DNA of 60,179 nucleotides, counting the filler. It is 5 parts of 5 records of this genome, joined end to end, with 100 filler letters (N's around TTAATTAATTAA, not from the genome) between each part and the next. Parts side by side here need not be neighbours in the genome. Positions count along the whole stretch, not along the records: positions 1 to 23,000 come from SRR20825006_2275; positions 23,101 to 31,416 come from SRR20825006_2281; 3 more parts are not named here. The stretch is one strand, 5' to 3'. Below, piece after piece: positions 20,954 through 29,032 of this stretch. The notes beneath the pieces are model-generated. The model ran no database searches. It was not told where the DNA came from and worked only from the letters and a program-made list of their open reading frames with translations. Position numbers and translations under genes: made by a program. The stretch's first letter is position 1. Each line of letters opens with the position of its first letter.

Positions 20954-21901
20954 ATGAAAAAGCGAATACTGATCATTGGAGCTTGTGGACAAATAGGAAC
21001 AGAGTTAACAATGTATCTTCGAGATAAATTTGGAAACCATAAAGTAATTGCAAGTGATATTCGAGAAGGCGACGATGAACTTATGGAAAGTGGTCCTTTT
21101 GAAATTTTAGATGCAATGGACTACAATGCAATTGAAGAAATAGTAATTCGCCATGAAATTTCTGACGTTTATTTAATGGCAGCAATGCTTTCTGCCACTG
21201 CAGAAAAATTTCCAATGAAAGGATGGAATCTTAATATGGACTCTCTATTTCATGTTTTGAACTTAGCAAAAGAAAAAAAGATTGAAAAAATATTTTGGCC
21301 TTCCAGTATTGCAGTATTTGGGCCCTCTACACCCAAACAAAACACACCGCAACATACTATTATGGAGCCAAGTACGGTTTATGGCATTAGCAAACAAACC
21401 GGTGAGCGTTGGTGCGAATATTACTTTAATCGCTATGGTGTAGACGTTCGGAGTATTCGTTATCCGGGTTTAATAAGCTATAAAACGTTACCAGGAGGAG
21501 GAACCACAGATTATGCTATTGACATCTATCATAAAGCAATAAAACATGAAAAATATACCTGCTTTTTAAACTCTGAAACTACTTTGCCAATGATGTTTAT
21601 GGATGATGCCATTAAGGCTACAGTAAATATTATGGAAGCTGATAGTGAAAAAATTAAAATTCGAAGTGCATATAATTTGGCTGCAATGAGTTTTAATCCT
21701 GAAGAAATGTCGGCGAGTATCCAAAAGCACATTCCACAATTTAAAATTAATTATGAACCAGATTTCAGACAAAAAATTGCTGATAGCTGGCCACAAAGTA
21801 TAGATGACGCTCAAGCCCGAAAAGATTGGGGTTGGGAAAGCAAAATTTCTTTAGATGAAATGACTGAAATTATGCTTCGCAATTTAATAGAAAAATATTA
21901 G
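20954..21901 (+). CDS. L-threonine 3-dehydrogenase (extended SDR type)
   Basis: GACGQIG, LSATAE, PSSIAVFG, YGISK, PGGGTTDY, RQKIADSWP. Confidence 0.88.
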   Translation: MKKRILIIGACGQIGTELTMYLRDKFGNHKVIASDIREGDDELMESGPFEILDAMDYNAIEEIVIRHEISDVYLMAAMLSATAEKFPMKGWNLNMDSLFHVLNLAKEKKIEKIFWPSSIAVFGPSTPKQNTPQHTIMEPSTVYGISKQTGERWCEYYFNRYGVDVRSIRYPGLISYKTLPGGGTTDYAIDIYHKAIKHEKYTCFLNSETTLPMMFMDDAIKATVNIMEADSEKIKIRSAYNLAAMSFNPEEMSASIQKHIPQFKINYEPDFRQKIADSWPQSIDDAQARKDWGWESKISLDEMTEIMLRNLIEKY

Positions 21902-21919
21902 TAGCTTTTTCATGAAAAA

Positions 21920-22792
21920 CTATTTTTCTTCAAATTCTACCTCAAGAATATTGGCAGTCCCTTTTTTTCCTTCGTTGGAAATATAAATAGTCCCGTCTGG
22001 TGCAAATGTGATTCCTTCAGGTTGGGAAAAAGACTTTTTATGTAGTTTATGTAGTTTTATTGGCTTCCCAATACTATCTAAAATAAGTAACTGTGGGTTT
22101 TTTGCTTCCAAAACATAATAATTCCCATTTTTAGGATTTATACCAAGATCTGAAGGATAAAAATTACTGGATTTGTCTGCATCGTCATCTTGATCTTCGG
22201 ATTGAAATACGCCATCATTCAAGGAAATTTTAATAATAGGTAAGGCTTTTGTGGTTTTGGTTTCAATATTAAAAGCATAAATTCCTTTAAATGAATTACT
22301 ATTTGGGTCTTTGTCTTTTACTGTAAAGAGAAGTCTTTGGTTAAGTGAATCCGCAACCAAAGATTCCATATTATTTTTACCTGAAAAAGGTGTTTGGTAC
22401 GGTGTAGTTTCAAAAGTTGGGCTTAAATAATTACTAACTTCAAAGATTTTCCCGCTACTTTCCATTAGGTATGCTGTACTATCTAGGACAGTAAGACCTT
22501 CATAATCGCCAGATTTTCCAAAATTTATTTTTTTCTCAACAAGTTCAGTGTCTAAATTATAGATAAAAATAATGCCTTCTTCATCTTGAACGCAGGCAAT
22601 TTTGTTTTTAGAAATCCAGCTAATTCCAGATATTTCATTTAATTCAACAGGCATATCCCACTTCCGGATTATGGTGTAAGATTCTGCATCTAATCTTGGA
22701 TTAATGGCAGGATTTTCAAAAGCATACCATAAAATTCCTACAAATGCTAAGACTCCAGTTATTATAAAAAAGGCGATTCTATTCTCGTTCAT
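21920..22792 (-). CDS. SdiA-regulated/YjiK-like beta-propeller protein
   Basis: N-terminal TM, ELNEISGI, DYEGLT, QPEGITF...YISNEG. Confidence 0.78.
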   Translation of the reverse strand: MNENRIAFFIITGVLAFVGILWYAFENPAINPRLDAESYTIIRKWDMPVELNEISGISWISKNKIACVQDEEGIIFIYNLDTELVEKKINFGKSGDYEGLTVLDSTAYLMESSGKIFEVSNYLSPTFETTPYQTPFSGKNNMESLVADSLNQRLLFTVKDKDPNSNSFKGIYAFNIETKTTKALPIIKISLNDGVFQSEDQDDDADKSSNFYPSDLGINPKNGNYYVLEAKNPQLLILDSIGKPIKLHKLHKKSFSQPEGITFAPDGTIYISNEGKKGTANILEVEFEEK

Positions 22793-22930
22793 AAAATTGA
22801 TAATAAATGAATCGATAATTTAAGGGAATTAATAGTTCTTCCTACTTAAAAAAAACATAAAATATCGCGTTGTAGTTCTAGGTGTGTAGAAGATTAAACT
22901 AGAAGGCGAAAAATTTGTCTTAAAAACACG

Positions 22931-22958
22931 AAAGCCACTCAATTTCTTGAATGGCTTT
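22931..22958. terminator. Hairpin downstream of the tRNA
   Basis: AAAGCCA...TGGCTTT. Confidence 0.55.
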
Positions 22959-22969
22959 GTCTAACTGTG

Positions 22970-23000
22970 CTCCTCCTCTTGGGCTCGAACCAAGGACCCT
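22970..23000 (-). tRNA. 3' part of a tRNA, probably tRNA-Asn (anticodon outside the contig)
   Basis: Minus strand AGGGTC-CTTGG-TTCGAGC-CCAAG-AGGAGGA-G gives T-arm, acceptor strand and discriminator G; identity recalled from Bacteroidetes tRNA-Asn. Confidence 0.8.
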
Positions 23001-23100
23001 NNNNNNNNNNNNNNNNNNNNNNNNNNNNNNNNNNNNNNNNNNNNTTAATTAATTAANNNNNNNNNNNNNNNNNNNNNNNNNNNNNNNNNNNNNNNNNNNN
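23001..23100. other. Artificial contig spacer
   Basis: N-run/TTAATTAATTAA/N-run with stops in all frames; composition changes across it. Confidence 0.98.
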
Positions 23101-23143
23101 GCGCGGCCTTTCTTCGCTTCGCTCAGTGCGTGAATCTTTGACC

Positions 23144-23161
23144 ATTTCGGCACGCCGAAAT
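23144..23161. repeat. 18-bp palindrome copy 1 (candidate parS/operator)
   Basis: ATTTCGGC-AC-GCCGAAAT. Confidence 0.65.
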
Positions 23162-23190
23162 AGCCTTAATGGTTTCATCGGGCGGTAACG

Positions 23191-23511
23191 TCAAGCGGCA
23201 ACCACAGAAACGCGACCTGGTGTGTCGGGATGTGAGTCATCACCAATGATGATCTGAACATCCCGACCAAGGCGAGTGAGGCATTCCAGCATTTTAGCTT
23301 CGCTGATGCCCCGGAGCTGGCCGCGTAATATTCCCGAAAGCTTGGGTTGAGAAATGCCCAGAACTTCTGAGGCATGAGCTTGTGTCCAGCCGCGATCCTG
23401 GAAAATTGCAGAGATTTGCCGCGCCAGTTGAGCCTTTACTAGCATTTCATCGGCGTTTTCAAAGCCAAGATCTGCAAAAACGTTATTGCTGCCTTTTTCA
23501 ATTGTGGTCAT
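23191..23511 (-). CDS. XRE/HTH_37 antitoxin (HigA-like)
   Basis: GSNNVFADLG, WTQAHASEVLGISQPKLS; overlaps the toxin stop by 4 nt. Confidence 0.9.
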   Translation of the reverse strand: MTTIEKGSNNVFADLGFENADEMLVKAQLARQISAIFQDRGWTQAHASEVLGISQPKLSGILRGQLRGISEAKMLECLTRLGRDVQIIIGDDSHPDTPGRVSVVAA

Positions 23512-23870
23512 TTTCCACCTCCCTCGGCGTGTTCTTTCGCTGCTTTCAGGCGTTCATTGATAATATTCATGTCGGGCTTCGGTGTTGCAATGCCCTTGGA
23601 TGACTTTTTCTGGAAACAGTGGAGGACATACACGGCATTGCCATACTTCACTGTGTAGACAGCCCGGTAAGTGCCGTTTTCATCACTCTCAACGACCTCT
23701 AGAACCCCTGCTCCACCATACCCTTTTAAAGGTTTGGCCTGGCCATGTTTGTCGCCAGCCTGTGCCAAATGAAGTGCATAGCCAAATACTGACTTCACGT
23801 CTTCAGGCATGCTTACCAGATCTTTTTTGGACGATCCTATCCAGAACAGTTGTTTCATCTGTGATTCCAT
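23508..23870 (-). CDS. RelE/ParE-superfamily toxin (Gp49/HigB-like)
   Basis: WIGSSKKDL, KPLKG, GTYRAVY, VYVLHCFQKKS; toxin-first gene order. Confidence 0.9.
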   Translation of the reverse strand: MESQMKQLFWIGSSKKDLVSMPEDVKSVFGYALHLAQAGDKHGQAKPLKGYGGAGVLEVVESDENGTYRAVYTVKYGNAVYVLHCFQKKSSKGIATPKPDMNIINERLKAAKEHAEGGGK

Positions 23871-23876
23871 AATCCT

Positions 23877-23900
23877 AATTATACCTATTTAGGTATAATT
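23877..23900. promoter_or_regulatory. Perfect inverted repeat, probable antitoxin operator
   Basis: AATTATACCTA-TT-TAGGTATAATT, 6 nt upstream of the toxin start. Confidence 0.75.
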
Positions 23901-23928
23901 TACAACCGCCCAAGCGTTTTATAGAGCA

Positions 23929-23946
23929 ATTTCGGCGCGCCGTAAT
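23929..23946. repeat. 18-bp palindrome copy 2 (candidate parS/operator)
   Basis: ATTTCGGC-GC-GCCGTAAT in the divergent promoter region. Confidence 0.65.
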
Positions 23947-23968
23947 GCACAGAAAAACGGATTTACCA

Positions 23969-23997
23969 TTGAATAAATACCAGTATGGTATTACACT
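23969..23997 (+). promoter_or_regulatory. Sigma70-like promoter with an inverted repeat in the spacer
   Basis: TTGAAT-N17-TACACT; AATACCA-GTA-TGGTATT at 23976-23992. Confidence 0.6.
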
Positions 23998-24076
23998 GTT
24001 TTTACTGGTTAGGGAAACCACCACCACGAAATGTCCCGGCCAGTTTGATCCTTCGACTGAATAACGAGAGGTAGTT

Positions 24077-24760
24077 ATGACATTTTCTATTATTGAATCC
24101 CTGGAAACGGCCAATGATTGGCACGAGGTTCTTTCTGGTTCGGAATTTTACGTGCAGGATCGGGAAGTGAAGATCAGCGTTTGGGGCATGGGGCTTCACC
24201 GTTCAATGACGATTACACGGCTGGAAAATGCGCTGAAGATTGGGACAGAGTGCGAGCGCTTTAGCTTTGATTTTCCGGTGAACTCTGAAAGAGGGCTCTG
24301 GCACTTTATTCGAGATATTGATTTTAGTTTGGCGCAGCTGCTTGATGTGCTGGCGAGTGTGGATTTTGATCAGGGACGGCCCGAGCTTTTTGGTGCCAGC
24401 GTCAACGCGGGTTCAGAAGCTGCCATCCGAGTCTTTAGCCCCTTTCGCCTAGAGCGGCTGAAACGTTTGAATCGCCTGCCGGCTAAATGGACGGTAAAGC
24501 ATGCCCTGAGAGTCATCGCCAATGGTCAGTATGACTCATTGCGTTGTCGCGGGCAGTACACGGATGATTATGCTCTCGATGCAGCGCGGAACTACGGCGA
24601 AGGTGAGATTAACGCCGCCCTCCCCTTTGTTCAGAAAATCATTGAATCACCTTCTGGGTGGCGGGTATACGATGACGGCAACGGCAGGGTTGGCCTGTGT
24701 TGCCATCATTTCGACAACAATGAAATCCGGGTGAACCTGGAGGCGTCCCGTGCAGCATGA
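24077..24760 (+). CDS. Hypothetical mobile-element protein (227 aa)
   Basis: RBS GAGAGG; long ORF; no family recognised. Confidence 0.75.
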   Translation: MTFSIIESLETANDWHEVLSGSEFYVQDREVKISVWGMGLHRSMTITRLENALKIGTECERFSFDFPVNSERGLWHFIRDIDFSLAQLLDVLASVDFDQGRPELFGASVNAGSEAAIRVFSPFRLERLKRLNRLPAKWTVKHALRVIANGQYDSLRCRGQYTDDYALDAARNYGEGEINAALPFVQKIIESPSGWRVYDDGNGRVGLCCHHFDNNEIRVNLEASRAA

Positions 24761-24800
24761 CCTGATCTGTCAGGACAAAGTATGGGGCGTGATTTTAAAC

Positions 24801-25133
24801 ATGGAGAGCGCTTTGACATACGATCAAACTAAAGCCGGACCGGGGCGCCCTAGAGCGCCCCGGTCCGAGACTCCCAATCTCATCAGCTCCTGGCGCACTT
24901 TTCATGGTGAGCTTGATTTGGCAGCGCTGGACACACTGAACGAAGATCTGGGGTCACGTTACATCATGTCCAGGGTCGCGGAATGGGAGCGAGGCGGCAG
25001 ACAACCAAATGCCGCCGTCGTTAACTATATGATTGCGGACGTATTGCCTGGCCTTCTGAAAGAGGCAGGCTTAACAGAGGATGTGGCGAGTCGGATCACC
25101 GATATGGTCACGCTGCCAGAGCCAAGGCATTAG
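24801..25133 (+). CDS. Putative DNA-binding protein (XRE-like helix, GRPR motif)
   Basis: SRVAEWERGGRQP resembles an XRE recognition helix; start uncertain (24750 or 24801). Confidence 0.55.
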   Translation: MESALTYDQTKAGPGRPRAPRSETPNLISSWRTFHGELDLAALDTLNEDLGSRYIMSRVAEWERGGRQPNAAVVNYMIADVLPGLLKEAGLTEDVASRITDMVTLPEPRH

Positions 25134-25147
25134 CCCAAGGAGTTCAC

Positions 25148-26098
25148 ATGCTTTCACGGAATGATGAGCTGGAACGGTTTAAAACTGATATTAACCTGGC
25201 TGAGTTGGCTGCAGCCTATGGTTATAAGCGAAACCCTCAGAAAAGCACCCGGGCCACGCTTTCGTTAGAGGATGAGGCAGGTAATCACCTGGTTGTATCT
25301 GTGAATCCCGGCAACGGGCATTGGCGCTGGTTCAATCCGATCGATGAGTCCCAGGCCGGAACAGTGGTCGATTTCCTGCAAACGGTAGAGCAAATATCGT
25401 TGGGCGAAGTGCGCAAAATTTTGCGGGAATGGATGCAGACGCCCGCGCCAGCTATTCGCACGATTGATAAACCCAAAGCACAGAAGAAGGACCGTAAGGA
25501 AGTAGCTGCGTTCCTGGAACGATTTGATCCAGTTCAGCAGTCGTCCTTTGCCGAGTCTCGCGGGATCTCTCAGGGAACGTTGACTGCCCCACCCTTTCAG
25601 GGGCGGATTCTGAAGGGTTTTAAAGGCGCACTGATCTTTCCGCATTGGGACGACAAAGGTCTGTGTGGCTACGAAGTCAAAACCTTCGGTTTTACTTCCT
25701 TTTCAAGCAAAGGTTACAAATCGCTATGGGTTAGCCGTGTTCCGTCCAATCTGATGCAAATTGTCATTGCTGAGTCGGGCATTGAGGCATTGAGTTACTA
25801 CCAGATCCGAGAGCCCCGGCACACGCTCTTTGCTTCAGCAGGGGGGAACTGGTCAAAGGATGTGGCAGACCGCTTGCAAACGTTGATGAGGCGCTATCCG
25901 GACGCTGAAATTGTGGGAGCGTTCAATCACGATAGTGGTGGGCGGCGACAAAGTGAGCGATTGGCTGCTTTGGCAGCGGAGGCAGGTAATCGATACCGGG
26001 ACGACCTGCCGCCTGTTGAGGGAGCGGACTGGAACGATATGATTAACGACAAATTCGGCGCGCCGAAATGCGGCGATGGGGAGAAAAGGAATGGGTAA
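25148..26098 (+). CDS. Primase-like Toprim protein (DUF3991/Toprim type)
   Basis: RBS AAGGAG; GTVVDF, RGIS, LIFPH, VIAESGIEALSY, AFNHD, C-terminal DWND. Confidence 0.8.
   Translation: MLSRNDELERFKTDINLAELAAAYGYKRNPQKSTRATLSLEDEAGNHLVVSVNPGNGHWRWFNPIDESQAGTVVDFLQTVEQISLGEVRKILREWMQTPAPAIRTIDKPKAQKKDRKEVAAFLERFDPVQQSSFAESRGISQGTLTAPPFQGRILKGFKGALIFPHWDDKGLCGYEVKTFGFTSFSSKGYKSLWVSRVPSNLMQIVIAESGIEALSYYQIREPRHTLFASAGGNWSKDVADRLQTLMRRYPDAEIVGAFNHDSGGRRQSERLAALAAEAGNRYRDDLPPVEGADWNDMINDKFGAPKCGDGEKRNG
26052..26069. repeat. 18-bp palindrome copy 3 (candidate parS/operator)
   Basis: AATTCGGC-GC-GCCGAAAT, 21 nt before the parA ATG. Confidence 0.65.
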
Positions 26099-26753
26099 AG
26101 TAATTTCGTTTATTAATGATAAAGGCGGTGTCACGAAAAGCACGTCCACCGTGTGCCTGGCGTCGTTCTTTATGAGCGAAGGCAAGCGGGTGGCTGTCGT
26201 CGATGTTGATGCGCGGCATAGCTGCCTGGACTGGTCCGCTATGGCTGATCAGGGTGGCCACCCTACCCCGCTGATGGTTGGGAACAGCCACAACAATGCC
26301 GGTAGTCAGATTACGAAGCTCAAGGAAGACTATGACTATGTTCTGGTGGATGGCATGAGTTCTTTTGTCACCAGTGGTCGCCGTGACGTGATCGCCAGTA
26401 TCATCAAGGCCTCTGATTACATATTGATTCCCAGCCTGCCAAATCCATTTGATCTATGGGCGCTCGCTGAGCTGACGGACATGATCAAGAGCCGACAGGA
26501 AATCACTGACGGCCTGCCCAAAACATGGATTTTTGGGTCAGCCGTTCGGGATAACACGAACGAATGGAAGGAGTTCGTAAACGCCAAGGATGAAGCGCCC
26601 TTCCCGCTTTTGAATGCCTATCTTCCTTACGCTGTCGATTTTCCGCGCACAACCGGAAAAGGACAAAGCCCCATGATGTTGCCGGAAACCAATAAGAATC
26701 GAAAAGCGTTGGTTGCGTGGGCAAACGAAATCAAGGAGATCACGAATGAATAG
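26091..26753 (+). CDS. parA: ParA-family partition ATPase (short type)
   Basis: KGGVTKST deviant Walker A, VAVVDVD, YDYVLVDG. Confidence 0.88.
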   Translation: MGKVISFINDKGGVTKSTSTVCLASFFMSEGKRVAVVDVDARHSCLDWSAMADQGGHPTPLMVGNSHNNAGSQITKLKEDYDYVLVDGMSSFVTSGRRDVIASIIKASDYILIPSLPNPFDLWALAELTDMIKSRQEITDGLPKTWIFGSAVRDNTNEWKEFVNAKDEAPFPLLNAYLPYAVDFPRTTGKGQSPMMLPETNKNRKALVAWANEIKEITNE

Positions 26754-27690
26754 CCCTTTTAAAAAACCGTCCGGGCGGCCTACGGATGCGTCGTTGACGG
26801 ATGCGATGAAGGATGACGCCGGAACGAGAACGTCAGCGACAGAAGTGATTGAGATCCACAAGCGGTTTCTGCGACCGGACCCCAGCCAGCCACGAAAGCA
26901 CTTCGACCAGGAAGTTTTGGATCGGCGCCAGAAGCAGCTGGAAGAGGACGGTCAGAAATCTCCAATCACGGTATTTCCTGGTGTTCGTAGTGATGATGGC
27001 AACCTCTATTACGACATTGAGGATGGTGAATGCCGTTGGCGCTCTGCCATGCAGTCGGACAAGATCGACTATCTGCGGGCTGAAATTGATGCTGATACTG
27101 ATCGAAATGACAGAGCCACGATTCGGCTTAATCAGCTCTTGCACAACGATGATGGAGCGGAGCCACTAACGCCGCTGGAAAGAGCGTATGCGTATCGTGA
27201 GATTGTGGAAGACCTGGAAGCCAAGGGTGTCGAATCTCCGCGAGGAACAGCCGCCCGTAAACTGGGTCTCAGTCAGTCTGCGTTCAGTGAAGTTCTATCA
27301 CTGGCCAAGTTGCCTGAAGACCTGGGGAGCTTCGCGTTAGAGAACGGCATTACCGACGCCAAGGTTCTGAATGGCATGGTTCAGGTTCATAAGCGCGGAC
27401 GTCCGGAGGACACCGAGGCGTTGAAGGAATCTCTCTCTGCGAGTCTTGAAAAAGGGGAAAACCTTCGTAAATCCGTAAAAGAGCTTGTCGACAAGGTAAA
27501 GGCCCGGAAGGCCAAGCCCCAGGCTGGAAAGGCGAAGAAAGACAAACCTTCCAGATTGCTGACCGCGAGGGAGGTGAAAGTAACGATCAAGGAGGACGGA
27601 TCAGGCATTATGACGGTGGAGACACCCCGCGAGGTGATTAAGCTCAACATTACGGCAGAGCAAGTGCGCTCTATCCGCAGCGGGGCATAG
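26746..27690 (+). CDS. parB: ParB-family partition protein
   Basis: PDPSQPRKHF, DGECRWRSA, LTPLERA, HTH AARKLGLSQSAFS. Confidence 0.88.
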   Translation: MNSPFKKPSGRPTDASLTDAMKDDAGTRTSATEVIEIHKRFLRPDPSQPRKHFDQEVLDRRQKQLEEDGQKSPITVFPGVRSDDGNLYYDIEDGECRWRSAMQSDKIDYLRAEIDADTDRNDRATIRLNQLLHNDDGAEPLTPLERAYAYREIVEDLEAKGVESPRGTAARKLGLSQSAFSEVLSLAKLPEDLGSFALENGITDAKVLNGMVQVHKRGRPEDTEALKESLSASLEKGENLRKSVKELVDKVKARKAKPQAGKAKKDKPSRLLTAREVKVTIKEDGSGIMTVETPREVIKLNITAEQVRSIRSGA

Positions 27691-27751
27691 GACCGTTCTA
27701 AGTTGTCGAAGGAGCCCGACAGGCTGGTGGTCTGCCGGGTTGCCGGTCTCT

Positions 27752-29032
27752 CTAGTCATGTCTGGCCTGTTCTTTCAGGAATAAAGAGGCTACCACGCCT
27801 AGTCCGCTTATGGTGAAGGGCAAAATCAAAGCGAGCTGATAGCTCTGAAGCTCTGGAGAGGTTGCCGACTCTGAAACAGAAACGAGATCCAGAATGACTC
27901 CAAATCCTGACTGAACCAAGGCTGCTGTAAGAAATGCCCCCATATTAACGAGTGCGGTTGCAACCCCCACGTTTCGAATCGCTACCGCCTCCTTGGTAGC
28001 GGCAAAGATAACCCCGACTGGCCCTCCAGACAGCCCCAGAAGTATAAATAGAGTCATTGCCAGCCAGCCGAGCTTCCAATCCGCAAACGCCATAACCGCC
28101 CATATCGTTGCGGATAACACGGCAGTCGCAATAATTATAGGTTTCTTGGCCCCAATACGATCAGCGGCCCACCCCCAGAACAAAGAGCCAAGACCATAGA
28201 CGATTAGAGCAACGGTGGCATACTGCGCGGCCTGAGCTGGTGATACGCTGAATCCATCTGTTAGTAATGGCACAGCCCACAGCCCTAGAAACGCATACAA
28301 CGTTCCGTTGGTGGCAGCTACGCAAAAGAAGAGCAGCCATACTTGGCGATTTCTCAGTACGTACCGGTTTCCGCGAAGGATCTGCTGCGCTGTTGCCTTG
28401 GTTTTCGAATCAGCCACCTGCCCTCTCTGAGGGTTGCTTGTGCAAAAAATAAAAAGAGAAGCAGTGGCGAATAAGGTAAGACCTCCGAAAAAAAGGATGA
28501 TCTCTCTCCAACTGAACCAACTCAATAGATGGGCGGTTGGACTTTGTGCTATTACACTTCCGAATGCAGCTAGGAGCATGGTTGTCCCCATCACAAGGGA
28601 GTGACGCTCAGGGGAAAACCAAGTAGCGTTGTAACTCATCAGGGCGACAAAAACGGCTGATAGTCCAAGTCCCATTGAGGCTGATCCGATGAGCAAAAAC
28701 ATAAGATTGGGGGCAAGGCCAAAACAAAAAGCACCTGCTGATGTAACAGCCCCCCCGATCAGGCCGCTATTTCGTAGCCCCACTGAGTCAGTAAATATTC
28801 CAGCGGGGACCTGCATAAGTGTGTAAACCCAAAAGTGCATTGATGCCACAATGCCGAGAGCAGTGGCGGTCAAACTGAGCTCTTGCTGCATACTCATGGA
28901 CAGGGTTGAGGGTGCAAAACGGAAAAAGAAGCCATTGATGAAGAGCGTAATAAGCAGGCCCCAGCCCCCCCACTTAAGCCAACCCACTGGAATTGCGAAG
29001 AATACGCCCTCGGCGGCGCGAGTATTATTCAT
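27752..29032 (-). CDS. MFS transporter
   Basis: About 12 TM segments, QVPAGIFTDSVGLR, GWAADRIG. Confidence 0.9.
   Translation of the reverse strand: MNNTRAAEGVFFAIPVGWLKWGGWGLLITLFINGFFFRFAPSTLSMSMQQELSLTATALGIVASMHFWVYTLMQVPAGIFTDSVGLRNSGLIGGAVTSAGAFCFGLAPNLMFLLIGSASMGLGLSAVFVALMSYNATWFSPERHSLVMGTTMLLAAFGSVIAQSPTAHLLSWFSWREIILFFGGLTLFATASLFIFCTSNPQRGQVADSKTKATAQQILRGNRYVLRNRQVWLLFFCVAATNGTLYAFLGLWAVPLLTDGFSVSPAQAAQYATVALIVYGLGSLFWGWAADRIGAKKPIIIATAVLSATIWAVMAFADWKLGWLAMTLFILLGLSGGPVGVIFAATKEAVAIRNVGVATALVNMGAFLTAALVQSGFGVILDLVSVSESATSPELQSYQLALILPFTISGLGVVASLFLKEQARHD

Noticed and set aside
23045-23056. TTAATTAATTAA repeated four times in the window
   Set aside because: Synthetic all-frame stop linker inside the N spacers.
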